A stretch of DNA of 64,000 bases from NCBI GenBank assembly GCA_963703955.1, contig CAVPGK010000013.1:64001-128000 (forward strand). Reading direction: 5' to 3'. The notes beneath the pieces were generated by a model. That model made no database searches and was not told the origin of the DNA. It worked only from the letters and a program-made list of their open reading frames with translations. Both the position numbers and the translations under genes were made by a program. Source of the DNA: Nitrospirota bacterium. GTDB lineage: Bacteria > Nitrospirota > Nitrospiria > Nitrospirales > Nitrospiraceae. Each line of letters starts with the position of its first letter. The stretch's first letter is position 1. Positions 62,219 through 64,000 of this stretch are shown here, piece after piece.

Positions 62219-62578
62219 CTATCGAACGGAGCTAGGAGGGCCCGGAAGGGTGATTCCGTAAGGGGCGATCCGCAAGGTGGCGCCCGGAAGCGTGATTCCG
62301 TAAGGGGCCATTGGCGAGCCGATCGAGGACCCAAACGGAGTCGGTGCCGGAATGAAAAAGCTCGGCCCTTCCCCTGGCCTCCAAATCGTCCCGCCGCCTG
62401 CTGTCGGAGCGAGGAAGGCTGGCGCTTGTCCCGGCCTGATTGCGATAGCTCCACCATTCGGCGTGGGAGTGACGACGGCCGGGGCTTGCCCCGGAGTGAT
62501 GAGCGTGCCTCCGCTGATCTGAGCATCAGCCACAGGGACGACAGCAAATAGGATAACAAGGAACAGCATGATGATCAT
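62219..62578 (-). CDS. Small secreted Pro/Gly-rich repeat protein
   Basis: Signal peptide; three PG(Q/E)xP units; APYGITLPG twice at a 42-bp period. Confidence 0.6.
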   Translation of the reverse strand: MIIMLFLVILFAVVPVADAQISGGTLITPGQAPAVVTPTPNGGAIAIRPGQAPAFLAPTAGGGTIWRPGEGPSFFIPAPTPFGSSIGSPMAPYGITLPGATLRIAPYGITLPGPPSSVR

Positions 62579-62951
62579 GGCTCTCTCCACTCGTTGCAAT
62601 GGCCCGAAGAAGGAGCGCAGGCGGGTAATAGTAGGGCGAGCACAAGAGGAAAGCCGACCTGCATGCACCACCATACCATCATAGATCATGGTGTGTCGGG
62701 GTGTTTTGGCACCAGGTTGGCACCAATTGCTATTGATTTTGGTTCTGGCGGAGCTTCTCCAGCTCCTCCACACTTAGAGCGCCAATTCCGTACTGGAGTG
62801 CGTGATCTGTCCTTTGCATCGTGTCTGATCCAAGTGCATAGGAATATTCGATAACATTAGACTTGAGAATCGTAAAGTTGGGTGCAATCGATAAGGACTC
62901 CCAATTCAGTCTTTGACTCGGGGGCGATACATAAACGAAAGACCATGACAC

Positions 62952-63887
62952 TCAGCGCATCTGCTTCTCCAGAGAGGGTATGACCTGGGGATCACCCATG
63001 ATGTCCAGGCCGAAGCGTGGGTTGTCGTCCATTTGATTGGCGTAGAGTCGTCCAGTCGGCGCATCAATATCAGCCATAAGCATGGTGGTTTCCTTCGACT
63101 TGATTGTCACCGCATACTCTTCGCCGCTTCCACCGCGGATCATGGGATGCCACACTACCACTTTGTATGTGCCCGGGGGTATGTCACCGATCTTGAAATG
63201 TCCCTCCTGATCCGTAACCGCATAGTAGGGATGGTCCACGACAAGCCCCCAGCTCTCCATGTACGCGTGGAACCCACATTGCATCACAAACACTCGCCGC
63301 CCCTTGTGCATCTCAATATTTTGCACCATCGCTTCCCCAGGGTGATGCTCCTGCTTTCCTGTTTTCGTCACATTCTCTTTCACGTAATCGGGATACATCA
63401 GCAGGGGACTATTGAACAAGACCCGCGGGCCAAACCGCGAGGTCTCGTAGGCTTGGATATCGTGAAAGACCGGGTCCATATTCACCACTTCAATCGGCCG
63501 CTTGTCCCAGACCACGGAGATAAACGGCTTGAAGGTGCAATCGATGGCTTCAATGCGGGGAGTCTGAAAGCTGATCGGCTTTCCTCTTGCCACTTCTTCC
63601 AGCATCACCACGACATCCCGAAGTGCTCCCTGGGCCTCAATATGGAACGGCTGCAGCAGGCGCCATCCCGCTCCGTTTGAAATCCTGCCACAATAGACCG
63701 CGTCCGGAAACGTGACCAGTTTGTACCCCATCGGCTTCGGCACGTCTCCAATAAGTTTCACACTACCGGTGAGGGTCCCGCCATTCGTGATAGGGACCTC
63801 TTCATACGCACTAGCAGCTTGTCCCACTGCAACACACAGAATCGGAACAAGAACAGCCATGAGAGTTCTTGGCAAACAGACAATCAT
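62952..63887 (-). CDS. Exported carboxypeptidase-regulatory-like domain protein
   Basis: GGTLTGSV; CTFKP; NMDPVFH; QCGFHAYM; IPPGTYKVVVWHP; AAGGAGG RBS. Confidence 0.85.
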   Translation of the reverse strand: MIVCLPRTLMAVLVPILCVAVGQAASAYEEVPITNGGTLTGSVKLIGDVPKPMGYKLVTFPDAVYCGRISNGAGWRLLQPFHIEAQGALRDVVVMLEEVARGKPISFQTPRIEAIDCTFKPFISVVWDKRPIEVVNMDPVFHDIQAYETSRFGPRVLFNSPLLMYPDYVKENVTKTGKQEHHPGEAMVQNIEMHKGRRVFVMQCGFHAYMESWGLVVDHPYYAVTDQEGHFKIGDIPPGTYKVVVWHPMIRGGSGEEYAVTIKSKETTMLMADIDAPTGRLYANQMDDNPRFGLDIMGDPQVIPSLEKQMR

Positions 63888-64000
63888 GGTATCCTCCTTG
63901 AATTACGCGAAGGCAGCAGTTGAGTCCCCCTTTGGCAGCTGAGGGCAGTCAAAATGCTCATTATCTCTACTGGCGGGCAAGGCGCTAGAGCTTCAAAACC

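Noticed and set aside
62241..62308. 42-bp-period tandem repeat as a non-coding element
   Set aside because: It is an in-frame coding repeat (APYGITLPG twice) in the secreted protein.
62835..62870. Possible dif/Xer site near ATAACATTAG
   Set aside because: It is too weak a match to the 28-bp XerC/XerD arm arrangement.

Overview
This 64 kb window is an accessory, island-like region of a high-GC bacterium, probably Nitrospira-like; this is inferred from the DUF3015 gene, the single-domain PilZ gene, the carboxypeptidase-regulatory-like gene and the hairpin repeat at 39.9 kb. I found no rRNA, tRNA or CRISPR array. The region is a mosaic of small stress, detoxification, transport and defence genes and gene remnants. 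These include an ECF42-type sigma factor with a distant YciI/DGPF operon, AraC and methyltransferases, ChaA, OsmC, VOC proteins, Ada, NnrS, an ABC-2 exporter, an RND pump, an XRE-S24 repressor with DUF72, and an orphan histidine kinase. At least seven toxin-antitoxin (TA) loci or remnants and one complete IS3-like element are present. Candidate defence modules are a TIR-TPR operon, DUF262+HEPN, AbiTii and an SNase-like nuclease. Many genes carry single-base frameshifts that look like sequencing indels. The most striking unexplained structure is a dispersed family of intergenic 'junction' motifs (GCCGCGCGCGGACGAG followed by a TAGAATGTCC or TGACACC box). These sit at gene-module borders and at both ends of an nnrS...hicAB duplication. 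One clear integron-type cassette (attC) is also present, with no integrase in the window. Family assignments come from recognising motifs by eye, not from database searches.
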